DNA of 64,000 bases from an uncultured Pelagibacteraceae bacterium (GTDB taxonomy: Bacteria; Pseudomonadota; Alphaproteobacteria; Pelagibacterales; Pelagibacteraceae). The notes beneath the pieces are model-generated. The model ran no database searches. It was not told where the DNA came from and saw only the letters and a program-made list of their open reading frames with translations. The stretch lies in contig CACBNI010000005.1 of NCBI GenBank assembly GCA_902540595.1, positions 5,716-69,715 on the forward strand, in the 5' to 3' direction. Below, in pieces: positions 30,197-37,270 of this stretch; position 1 is the first letter of the stretch; each line of letters begins with the position of its first letter. Position numbers and translations under genes: made by a program.

Positions 30197-31961
30197 TTTA
30201 GATAATATACATTACAAATTTTTTCCTAAGGCGAAAACTTCACCTTACGGAAAAACTTTAATAAAATTTGCTTGGGCAATTGAAATTATAGTTGCAACTG
30301 TTGGATTAACTATTGCTGCATTTTTGTATATGAGAGCATTAGACGGATCTGAAGATATCAGCACTGCAACCACATGGACAGAAAAACTTACTGAAAACAT
30401 TGATGGAGTAATAGTATCCCTGGCTTTTGTAGTTGTTTCAGTTGTTGAGCTTACTAAAATTCCATTAGCAACTGCTTTTTATTATGCAGCTAAAGCTAGA
30501 TGGAAAATAACCTTCGTTGTAGCACTAATATTAATAAATATATCAACATTCGAGACAATAATTCAGGGATTTGAACTTGGTTTTTATAAAAGATCTAATG
30601 AAGTAGCTAAAGTTAAGCAAAAACTGGAGGATATAAATACACAAATTAATCAAAAGACAGTAGGTGCTGGTGAGGACCGAAAGTTACTTTCAGAAAAAGA
30701 GGATAAAGTTTTAGAACAAATTAACAGCTACAATAAAGATATTACAAAAATAAATATTAATAAAAATAAGCAAATAAGTGACTTAAAAACTGAATTTACT
30801 TTAGCTAATCCACAATTAAAAACTAAACAAGACCAAATTGACTCTGAAAGACAGTCATTAAAAGAATTTAAAAGTTCATCTGATGATAAAATTCAAAGTA
30901 GACGAGTTGAAATTTCTAAACTTGAGAATATTACAGAGTTCAAAGGATCTTTCACTTTATCAAGAAAAAAGCAAATGGAAGAAAGAGATTTGAAAGTCTC
31001 TAAATTAAGAAATGATTTAATTTCATTTGAGAAAACAATAACAACAGAGATAGAAAGAAAAGAAAATTTTATTAGAGATCTCCAAAAAGAAAAAGATACT
31101 CTTGAAGGAACAATAGGTGCAGACATTCAAGAAAAAATTTCAGATATCGAAAAAATTGCTGAACTAGATAAAGAAAATATAGATTTAGATCTTAAAACTA
31201 AAAGAAGTGAACTAGCAAATATCCAGCTTCAAATAAGTGATTTTGATAACAAAACTCTTAACTACTCTAATGAAGCAACAAAACTCAAGGAACAATGTGC
31301 AGAGGTAGCTGATGAGTTGGAAAAAGTTGCCTTAGATAACCAAACCTACAGGTTTGCAATTAAAATTAAGTCTTTTAGAAAATGGCTTTCCAATTTTAGT
31401 TTTTCTTCAATCCTACCTTGGAATTGGGGTGATGAAAAAATAAATACAGAAAATAAAGATCCAGAAATTGTCGCAAGCTCAGAAAAAAAATGCTCCAAAT
31501 CAAGCGCAGCTTTAATTTCTGATGATGATCTAAATTTTGCATTCTGGTTATGGTTTGGAACGCTAGCTTTTGTAATTTCAGTAATAGGAACATTTATTGC
31601 TTTAGCTGGTCTTCATTTACAGGATGAAAGAATGCATGAAATTAGAAACAGACCTATGAAGGAAAGATTTGCCAGATTCTTTAGAAATATCGCATGGATA
31701 CCTGTTTATATTAATAAGTACATTTGGGCTGGAGTTAAAAGGTTTACCAAACCTAAAATTGTTGAAAAAGAAGTTATAGTTGAAAAGGAAGTTGAAAAAA
31801 TAGTCGAAAAAAATGTAGGTGAAAAAATTATCTATGAAAAAGTTGAGGTACCAAAAGAAGTTGTTCGAAAAGAAATTGTATACGTTCCTCTTCCTACAGA
31901 CGATGAAGAACTATTGAAAAAAGGTCCATTTAGGCCAGATGAAAAAGATAAGAAAAAATAA
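30189..31961 (+). CDS. Multi-TM protein with long coiled coil and VEK-rich tail
   Basis: About 3 N-terminal TMs, roughly 250-aa heptad-rich region, a C-proximal TM, VEKEV repeats. Confidence 0.75.
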   Translation: MPNLDNIHYKFFPKAKTSPYGKTLIKFAWAIEIIVATVGLTIAAFLYMRALDGSEDISTATTWTEKLTENIDGVIVSLAFVVVSVVELTKIPLATAFYYAAKARWKITFVVALILINISTFETIIQGFELGFYKRSNEVAKVKQKLEDINTQINQKTVGAGEDRKLLSEKEDKVLEQINSYNKDITKININKNKQISDLKTEFTLANPQLKTKQDQIDSERQSLKEFKSSSDDKIQSRRVEISKLENITEFKGSFTLSRKKQMEERDLKVSKLRNDLISFEKTITTEIERKENFIRDLQKEKDTLEGTIGADIQEKISDIEKIAELDKENIDLDLKTKRSELANIQLQISDFDNKTLNYSNEATKLKEQCAEVADELEKVALDNQTYRFAIKIKSFRKWLSNFSFSSILPWNWGDEKINTENKDPEIVASSEKKCSKSSAALISDDDLNFAFWLWFGTLAFVISVIGTFIALAGLHLQDERMHEIRNRPMKERFARFFRNIAWIPVYINKYIWAGVKRFTKPKIVEKEVIVEKEVEKIVEKNVGEKIIYEKVEVPKEVVRKEIVYVPLPTDDEELLKKGPFRPDEKDKKK

Positions 31962-32698
31962 TGTCTGATGAAAAAATTCAATATGATGTTCATGATTATG
32001 ACCCAGTTAATAAATACATTGATGATCAAGCAAGATTAAAAAGATCTGCAAGTACTTGGAGATATGCTAAATCTTTAACTCTAGTCATGGTTGGTGCAGG
32101 AATTCTAGCTTTACTTTTAGCTTGGGCTTATTATTTATATAAAAAACCACATAGACTTGTTAGTTTGAGCGAAATTGAACAAAAGGTACTTAAGAATGAA
32201 GAGAGATTAATTGAAAATGAGAGAAGGCTTCCTACAGAAAAAGAGATTCAAACAAATACTTCCTCTAATCTAACTAAATCCGAAATTAATAAAAGAGATC
32301 AAAAAATTTTAGAATTAGAAGATAAATTAAAGAATGATCCAACAAATCAGGACCTCAAGGATAAGGTTGTAAATTTAAAGGCAGAGAAAAAAGAATTACA
32401 AAAAAAATTAAATCAACTTAATCAAGTTCAGACAAACGTTATACATTTTAAATCGCAAAATACTAAACTTGGGAATAACGATGTAAGGGTTGTAACAAGA
32501 CTCCATTATGATGATCCAAGAAACTTAAATCCTAATGAAATTACATGTTATATCCAATTTGATAATCCTGATATTCCAAAAATAGAACTCTCAAATAAAA
32601 ATGACAATTCTTTTTATTTATCAAACTATAATAAAACAAAATATTCTATCAACGATCAACAAATCAGAGATTTAAAAAATAGATATTGTCTTTATTAA
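31961..32698 (+). CDS. Single-TM coiled-coil hypothetical protein
   Basis: One N-proximal TM, coiled-coil, TAATG coupling on both sides. Confidence 0.75.
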   Translation: MSDEKIQYDVHDYDPVNKYIDDQARLKRSASTWRYAKSLTLVMVGAGILALLLAWAYYLYKKPHRLVSLSEIEQKVLKNEERLIENERRLPTEKEIQTNTSSNLTKSEINKRDQKILELEDKLKNDPTNQDLKDKVVNLKAEKKELQKKLNQLNQVQTNVIHFKSQNTKLGNNDVRVVTRLHYDDPRNLNPNEITCYIQFDNPDIPKIELSNKNDNSFYLSNYNKTKYSINDQQIRDLKNRYCLY

Positions 32699-33189
32699 TG
32701 AGAAATTTTTTCATTTTAATAATTTTTTTTATTCTTCCATTTAATTATTGTGAAGCTTATGAAATTAAAGTGGTTGATGGAGATACAATTATTCTTAATG
32801 GTGAAAAAATAAGATTCTCAGGGATAGATACTCCTGAGAGTTATTATCGCGGAAAAAAACAAATCTGCTATGATGGAAATAATAAGATATTTTGTGGAGA
32901 CATATCAAAAAAAGTTTTAATTAATAAAATAGCTAGCAATGAAGTATCATGTATCAAAGAAAAAAAACCAGACAGATACAAGAGAATACTTGCTGAGTGT
33001 TTTGTAAATAATGAGAGTCTTTCCAAATATTTAGTTAGAAACGGTTATGCATTTGATTATGCTTATTATTCAAAGAAAAAATTCGCTAAGGATGAACAAT
33101 ATGCAAAAAAAAATAAACTTGGATTTTGGAAAATTGAATTTGATTACCCTTGGATTTGGAGGAAAAAAGTAAGAGAAGGAAAAATTTAA
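32698..33189 (+). CDS. Thermonuclease (SNase-like) family protein, exported
   Basis: VVDGDTI, IRFSGIDTPE, DRYKRILA, LVRNGYA, AK..KLGFW; signal peptide. Confidence 0.92.
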   Translation: MRNFFILIIFFILPFNYCEAYEIKVVDGDTIILNGEKIRFSGIDTPESYYRGKKQICYDGNNKIFCGDISKKVLINKIASNEVSCIKEKKPDRYKRILAECFVNNESLSKYLVRNGYAFDYAYYSKKKFAKDEQYAKKNKLGFWKIEFDYPWIWRKKVREGKI

Positions 33190-33198
33190 TATTTGTTA

Positions 33199-33249
33199 AT
33201 AGGACTTTATGGGATAACTAGTAATAGACTAGTAAGTAGAGAGATAAAA
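33199..33249 (+). repeat. Right arm of cassette A: ACTAGTAA x2 (11-bp period) plus AGAGAGATAAAA
   Basis: First repeat 104 bp before the tRNA fragment, the same offset as 34949 relative to 35053. Confidence 0.9.
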
Positions 33250-33254
33250 TTAAA

Positions 33255-33359
33255 AAATTTTACTTATTCATCTTGTTCAATTATAAATATTAGCATAAAC
33301 ACTCATGAAATTCATTAATGCCCTCGTGGTGAAATTGGTAGACACAAAGGACTTAAAAT
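33255..33359 (+). repeat. att-like direct repeat copy 2: promoter region plus 5' 40 nt of tRNA-Leu(TAA)
   Basis: Identical to 24109-24212; tRNA fragment at 33320-33359. Confidence 0.97.
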
Positions 33360-33381
33360 AGTTTGAGTTGGTGAATTTCAA

Positions 33382-33525
33382 AGTCTCTAATAGTCTCAAA
33401 TAGTCTTATTCCCTTATAATCCTATATATTTTAAAATCATTGGATTACTTTTATTGAAAAATCATAATAAATAATATTCAGATTCTCGGAACATTCTCGG
33501 AACTAGGCAGATAAAATGATATAGT
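33382..33525 (+). repeat. Left arm of cassette B: AGTCT x3 and ATTCTCGGAAC x2
   Basis: AGTCT at 33382/33392/33402; tandem 11-mer at 33482-33503. Confidence 0.9.
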
Positions 33526-33562
33526 AAAATTAATAGAACACAAATCAACATTTAAAGAATTA

Positions 33563-34645
33563 ATGAAAAAATGGGATTTTAATAAAATTAAATTATCAGC
33601 AAAAAAATATAAAACAAAGGAAGAGTGGAGACAGGGAAAAAACACATCATATTATACAGCCGCAGATAGAGGCTTATTAAATAATAAAATTATAGTTGGA
33701 CATTTTTTAGAACCTAAAAGATGGACATTAAAAAAAATTGTTGATGATGCTAAAAAATATAAATTTAAAAAAAATTGGTACGAAACACCAAAATCATCTT
33801 ATGATGCTGCTAGATCAAGAGGATTATTAAAAAATAAAGAAGTAATTGGTCATTTTAACAAAACAATATATCCATCAAAGTGGACATTAAAAAAAATAAT
33901 TGCAGCAGCCAAAAAGTTTAGTACCAAAAAAGAGTGGCTAGATGCTGAAAAAACTAAAGTATGTTTTTCGTACAGAGCAGCAAAAGAAAGAAAACTTTTA
34001 TTTGATAAAAGGGTTATTGGGCATTTCAAAAATATGGATCCAGCAAAAAAGTGGACTTATTTAAATATAATCAATACGGCTAGGAAATGTAAAACTTTGA
34101 AAGAATGGAGAGAAAAATACCCGTATGCGTATCACAGAGCATCAAAAACTAGGGTTTTAAATAAAGTTTCAGGACATTTAAAGAGAATAGGCCATAAATA
34201 TCTAAGATGTATTTATACAATAGAAGTTAGGGGAAAAAAAATAATTTATATAGGCTTGTCATTTAATTTAACAAAGAGATTAGCGGAACACCTTAATAGT
34301 AAACGTTTTAAAGATATCAAAAAGATTTATGGAAAAAATTGTTTAATTGTAAATCAGGTAACCAAGTACTTGCCAGTCAATAAAGCTGCTAAAAAAGAGG
34401 ACATATTAATTTCAAAATACAAAAAAAAGGGTTTCAAAGTTCTTAATAAAAAAAGTGGTGGTGATTTAGGGTCAATAGCTAGTAAATGGACCAAAGAAAA
34501 AGTTATACAATCTGCTAAAAAATTTAAAACTCAAAAAGAATGGAGAGCAAAAGTACCTTCAGCATATGCAATAGCAAAAAGGAAAGGTTATTTAAAATCT
34601 GCGCAAAAATTTCTTTATGTTCAAAAAGAAAAAATAAGATATTAA
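33563..34645 (+). CDS. GIY-YIG nuclease with five helical repeats of about 50 aa
   Basis: CIY...IYIGLS..LTKRLAEH...E...LN core; repeats W(T/D)..KI...AKK(Y/F).T..EW....AY..A...LL. Confidence 0.8.
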   Translation: MKKWDFNKIKLSAKKYKTKEEWRQGKNTSYYTAADRGLLNNKIIVGHFLEPKRWTLKKIVDDAKKYKFKKNWYETPKSSYDAARSRGLLKNKEVIGHFNKTIYPSKWTLKKIIAAAKKFSTKKEWLDAEKTKVCFSYRAAKERKLLFDKRVIGHFKNMDPAKKWTYLNIINTARKCKTLKEWREKYPYAYHRASKTRVLNKVSGHLKRIGHKYLRCIYTIEVRGKKIIYIGLSFNLTKRLAEHLNSKRFKDIKKIYGKNCLIVNQVTKYLPVNKAAKKEDILISKYKKKGFKVLNKKSGGDLGSIASKWTKEKVIQSAKKFKTQKEWRAKVPSAYAIAKRKGYLKSAQKFLYVQKEKIRY

Positions 34646-34671
34646 TTAATTAATATATTTATAAAAGTCTT

Positions 34672-34929
34672 ATGGAATTTCTTGGTTTATTTATAGGAAA
34701 TATGTTTTTAATGTATTTAGGACTTTTCCTATTTGCATGTATTTGGTGGTACAGTTGTAAATGGTTTTTTGTTTTATTAGTTTTAGTTGGTGAAAAATTT
34801 TTTAAAAAAGACAGCTGGCAATACAATATTTATATGTTTACTTTTGTTGGTGGGGGTGGACTTGTAACAGTATATTTATTTATTTGGCTTTTTTTATCAA
34901 TATCAAAAGGAGAGTGGTTAACGTTTTAG
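34672..34929 (+). CDS. Small two-TM membrane protein
   Basis: 85-aa hydrophobic ORF inside cassette B. Confidence 0.65.
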   Translation: MEFLGLFIGNMFLMYLGLFLFACIWWYSCKWFFVLLVLVGEKFFKKDSWQYNIYMFTFVGGGGLVTVYLFIWLFLSISKGEWLTF

Positions 34930-34931
34930 TT

Positions 34932-34982
34932 ATTGGATTTTATAGGACAACTCGGAACAAACTCGGAAACAGAGAGATAAAA
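34932..34982 (+). repeat. Right arm of cassette B: AACTCGGAA x2 (11-bp period) plus AGAGAGATAAAA
   Basis: Repeats at 34949 and 34960; colinear with 33199-33249. Confidence 0.9.
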
Positions 34983-35005
34983 TAAAAAAATTTTACTTAT
35001 TAGCC

Positions 35006-35034
35006 TTGTTCAATTATAAATATTAGCATAAATA
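35006..35034 (+). promoter_or_regulatory. Putative sigma70 promoter of tRNA-Leu-nadK (copies at 24127 and 33273)
   Basis: TTGTTC-17 bp-TAAATA (TAAACA in the other two copies), ending 18 bp before the tRNA 5' end. Confidence 0.6.
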
Positions 35035-35052
35035 CTCATGAAATTAACTTAT

Positions 35053-35138
35053 GCCCTCGTGGTGAAATTGGTAGACACAAAGGACTTAAAATCCTTGCCG
35101 CTTGCGGAGTGCCAGTTCGAGTCTGGCCGAGGGCACCA
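35053..35138 (+). tRNA. tRNA-Leu(TAA)
   Basis: Acceptor GCCCTCG/CGAGGGC, anticodon arm AAGGA-CTTAAAA-TCCTT, long variable arm, GTTCGAG, CCA. Confidence 0.97.
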
Positions 35139-35142
35139 TTAA

Positions 35143-35913
35143 ATGAGTAAACCTCAAATCATTTCAGATAAAAATAAAAAATCTCTTAAAATTAAAAATA
35201 TTCTAATCAAAAAAATAGAAGTTAATCAATTCAAAAAATCTAATTTGGTAATTGTTATAGGTGGTGATGGTTTTATGCTTCAAACACTTAAAAAAAATAA
35301 GAGTTCTAAAAAGCAATTTTATGGAATTAATTCAGGAAATTATGGTTTTCTGATGAATATTTTTTCCTCAAAAAATATTATTAAAAATTTAACAAAAGCT
35401 AATATGATTTCTATTTCACCATTAGAAATGACAGTAAAAAATAAAAATAATAAATCAAAAAAATCACTTGCTATAAATGAGGTTTCTGTCCTTAGACAAA
35501 GCAGACAAGCTGCATCATTATCTATCAAGCAAGGTTCAATACAAATAATTAAAAATTTAGTTTCCGATGGTGTTTTAGTCTCTACACCTGCAGGAAGCAC
35601 TGCTTATAATTTATCTGTTCATGGTCCGATACTAAGCTTAAATTCAAAAAAATTATCTATTTCTCCAATTAGTCCGTTTAGACCGAGAAGATGGAGAGGG
35701 AAAATTGTTAACGATAAATCAAAAATTACTATTACTAATTTGAATCCAGATAAAAGACCCATAAGTGCTGTTGCTGATAATCTAGAAGTAAGAAACGCAA
35801 AGTCAATTACAATTAAAACCAACAGCAAAATTAAATTTAATCTGCTTTATGATAAAAATCGAAGTTTACAAAAAAAAATTAAAATTGAGCAATTAAGAAG
35901 AGAAACAAATTAA
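35143..35913 (+). CDS. nadK: NAD kinase
   Basis: GGDGFML, GFLMN, AINE, DGVLVSTPAGSTAYNLS. Confidence 0.93.
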   Translation: MSKPQIISDKNKKSLKIKNILIKKIEVNQFKKSNLVIVIGGDGFMLQTLKKNKSSKKQFYGINSGNYGFLMNIFSSKNIIKNLTKANMISISPLEMTVKNKNNKSKKSLAINEVSVLRQSRQAASLSIKQGSIQIIKNLVSDGVLVSTPAGSTAYNLSVHGPILSLNSKKLSISPISPFRPRRWRGKIVNDKSKITITNLNPDKRPISAVADNLEVRNAKSITIKTNSKIKFNLLYDKNRSLQKKIKIEQLRRETN

Positions 35914-35985
35914 ATGAAAAATAAAAAAGTCAAAACTAGTTATCGATGGAGTTGATGATCCAACTGGTGTTAAAAAAACCTAATA

Positions 35986-36123
35986 ATGAAAAAAATTAAT
36001 CCAATTATATTAATAGCAATAGTTTTAATTGGTGGTTTTTTTGCATTTAAATTAATGTCATTTTTAGGTTGTTATGTTCGTCTTGAAGACGCAGATAAGT
36101 GCTGGAAGCTAACTGCTTGGTAA
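35986..36123 (+). CDS. Small membrane/secreted peptide, 45 aa (not in ORF track)
   Basis: Translated by hand: MKKINPIILIAIVLIGGFFAFKLMSFLGCYVRLEDADKCWKLTAW. Confidence 0.5.
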   Translation: MKKINPIILIAIVLIGGFFAFKLMSFLGCYVRLEDADKCWKLTAW

Positions 36124-36131
36124 AAATTTAA

Positions 36132-36179
36132 TGGTGCCCCCGCACGGATTCGAACCGCGGACCTATTGATTACAAATCA
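36132..36179 (-). repeat. att-like duplicate of the 3' 48 nt of tRNA-Thr(TGT)
   Basis: Identical to 38222-38269; identity stops just past the anticodon loop. Confidence 0.97.
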
Positions 36180-36271
36180 GGAATAAAAATTCAAAAAGAT
36201 AAATACTATCAACGTTAATTGAAAGTTATTTCAAATCTGTACACACTATAGGCACAGTGGTATATTTTTTT

Positions 36272-37225
36272 ATGAAAGATAATCTAGGAAGACTACAAAA
36301 AGTTGATTTAAGAGAGATTTGGGAAAAAGAGGATACTCATTTCACGCCTTGGTTAGCAAGAGAAGAAAATATTGAACTACTTGGTTCAGCAATAGATATG
36401 GATTTAGTTGTTGAGGCAGAGGAGAAAGACGTTGGTCCTTTTAGAGCTGATATACTTTGCAAAGATATAGCTTCGAACAATTGGGTATTAGTAGAAAATC
36501 AACTGGAGAAAACTGATCATAAACATCTTGGTCAACTATTAACTTATGCAACTGGTTTAGATGCTGTCACAATTATTTGGGTAGCTTCAGATTTCACTGA
36601 AGAACATAGAGCAACACTTGATTGGCTGAATAAGATAACAGATACACAATATAATTTCTTTGGAATTAAAGTTGAACTTTTCAAAATAGGGGACTCTAAA
36701 GTTGCACCAGTGTTTAACGTTGTCAGCAAACCTAATAACTGGTCCAGAAGTATTTCTTCTGCAGCGTCTAAGATAGCTAACGAGGATATTGGTGAGACTA
36801 AAGTATTTCAGTTAAAATTTTGGACAGCTTTATGCGAGGCTATTAAGGCTAAAAATGATAGTCCTTTAAAAATTCAGAAACCATCTCCAAAACATTGGCA
36901 CACTTTTTCAATCGGAAAGTCTGGAGTTAATCTTTCTATGACATTTAATACAAAGGAAGATATTTTGGGTATAGAAATTTATATAGTTAAAGATCAAAGT
37001 ATATTTGAGAGTTTAGAACAAGATAAAGAAAGCATTGAGACTGAAATAGGTCACAAATTAAGTTGGCAACCACTTCCAGGTAGATCAGCTTCAAGAATTA
37101 AATTAGATAGAAATAGTTCAGTTTTAGATAACGAAAATGAGTGGAATGAATACATTGATTGGTCCATTGAAAAACTTGAAAAATTTTATCACGTTTTTCG
37201 AAGCAAAATTAAGAACCTAGATTAA
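36272..37225 (+). CDS. PD-(D/E)xK-like nuclease fused to a DUF4268-like domain
   Basis: E...FTPWL, RADIL, VENQL..TDHKHLGQLLTYA; C-terminal FW..L, IETEIG..L.W, ASRI. Confidence 0.8.
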   Translation: MKDNLGRLQKVDLREIWEKEDTHFTPWLAREENIELLGSAIDMDLVVEAEEKDVGPFRADILCKDIASNNWVLVENQLEKTDHKHLGQLLTYATGLDAVTIIWVASDFTEEHRATLDWLNKITDTQYNFFGIKVELFKIGDSKVAPVFNVVSKPNNWSRSISSAASKIANEDIGETKVFQLKFWTALCEAIKAKNDSPLKIQKPSPKHWHTFSIGKSGVNLSMTFNTKEDILGIEIYIVKDQSIFESLEQDKESIETEIGHKLSWQPLPGRSASRIKLDRNSSVLDNENEWNEYIDWSIEKLEKFYHVFRSKIKNLD

Positions 37226-37260
37226 TGAAAAAACTTTTAGGGATCGTGGATCTGGGTTAA
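37225..37260 (+). pseudogene. Signal-peptide stub MKKLLGIVDLG*
   Basis: Near-identical to the stub at 28340; overlaps the upstream stop (TAATG). Confidence 0.7.
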
Positions 37261-37270
37261 CTTTATTTTA

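Larger units (their letters stand above)
24213..33358. mobile_element. Integrase-less cassette A (9146 bp) at tRNA-Leu
   Basis: Bounded by promoter plus tRNA-half direct repeats; ACTAG-type 11-bp paired repeats at both ends; accessory cargo. Confidence 0.8.
33359..35091. mobile_element. Integrase-less cassette B (1733 bp) at tRNA-Leu
   Basis: Between repeat copy 2 and the intact tRNA; CTCGGAA-type paired repeats at both ends. Confidence 0.82.

Noticed and set aside
24174-33359. Extra functional or split/permuted tRNA-Leu genes
   Set aside because: The fragments stop at the anticodon loop, no separate 3' half was seen, and an intact gene exists at 35053
33359-35091. Group I intron with homing endonuclease in the tRNA-Leu anticodon loop
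   Set aside because: Tempting because of the tRNA-Leu(UAA) anticodon position and the GIY-YIG ORF, but the insert ends with a new promoter and a complete 5' half (a target duplication), and no ribozyme core was recognised
35981-35997. TAATAATGAAAAAAATT shared with 24382 as a further copy of the signal-peptide motif
   Set aside because: The match is almost entirely A/T and lacks the distinctive TTAGG(G/T)ATCGT core; may be chance in this genome
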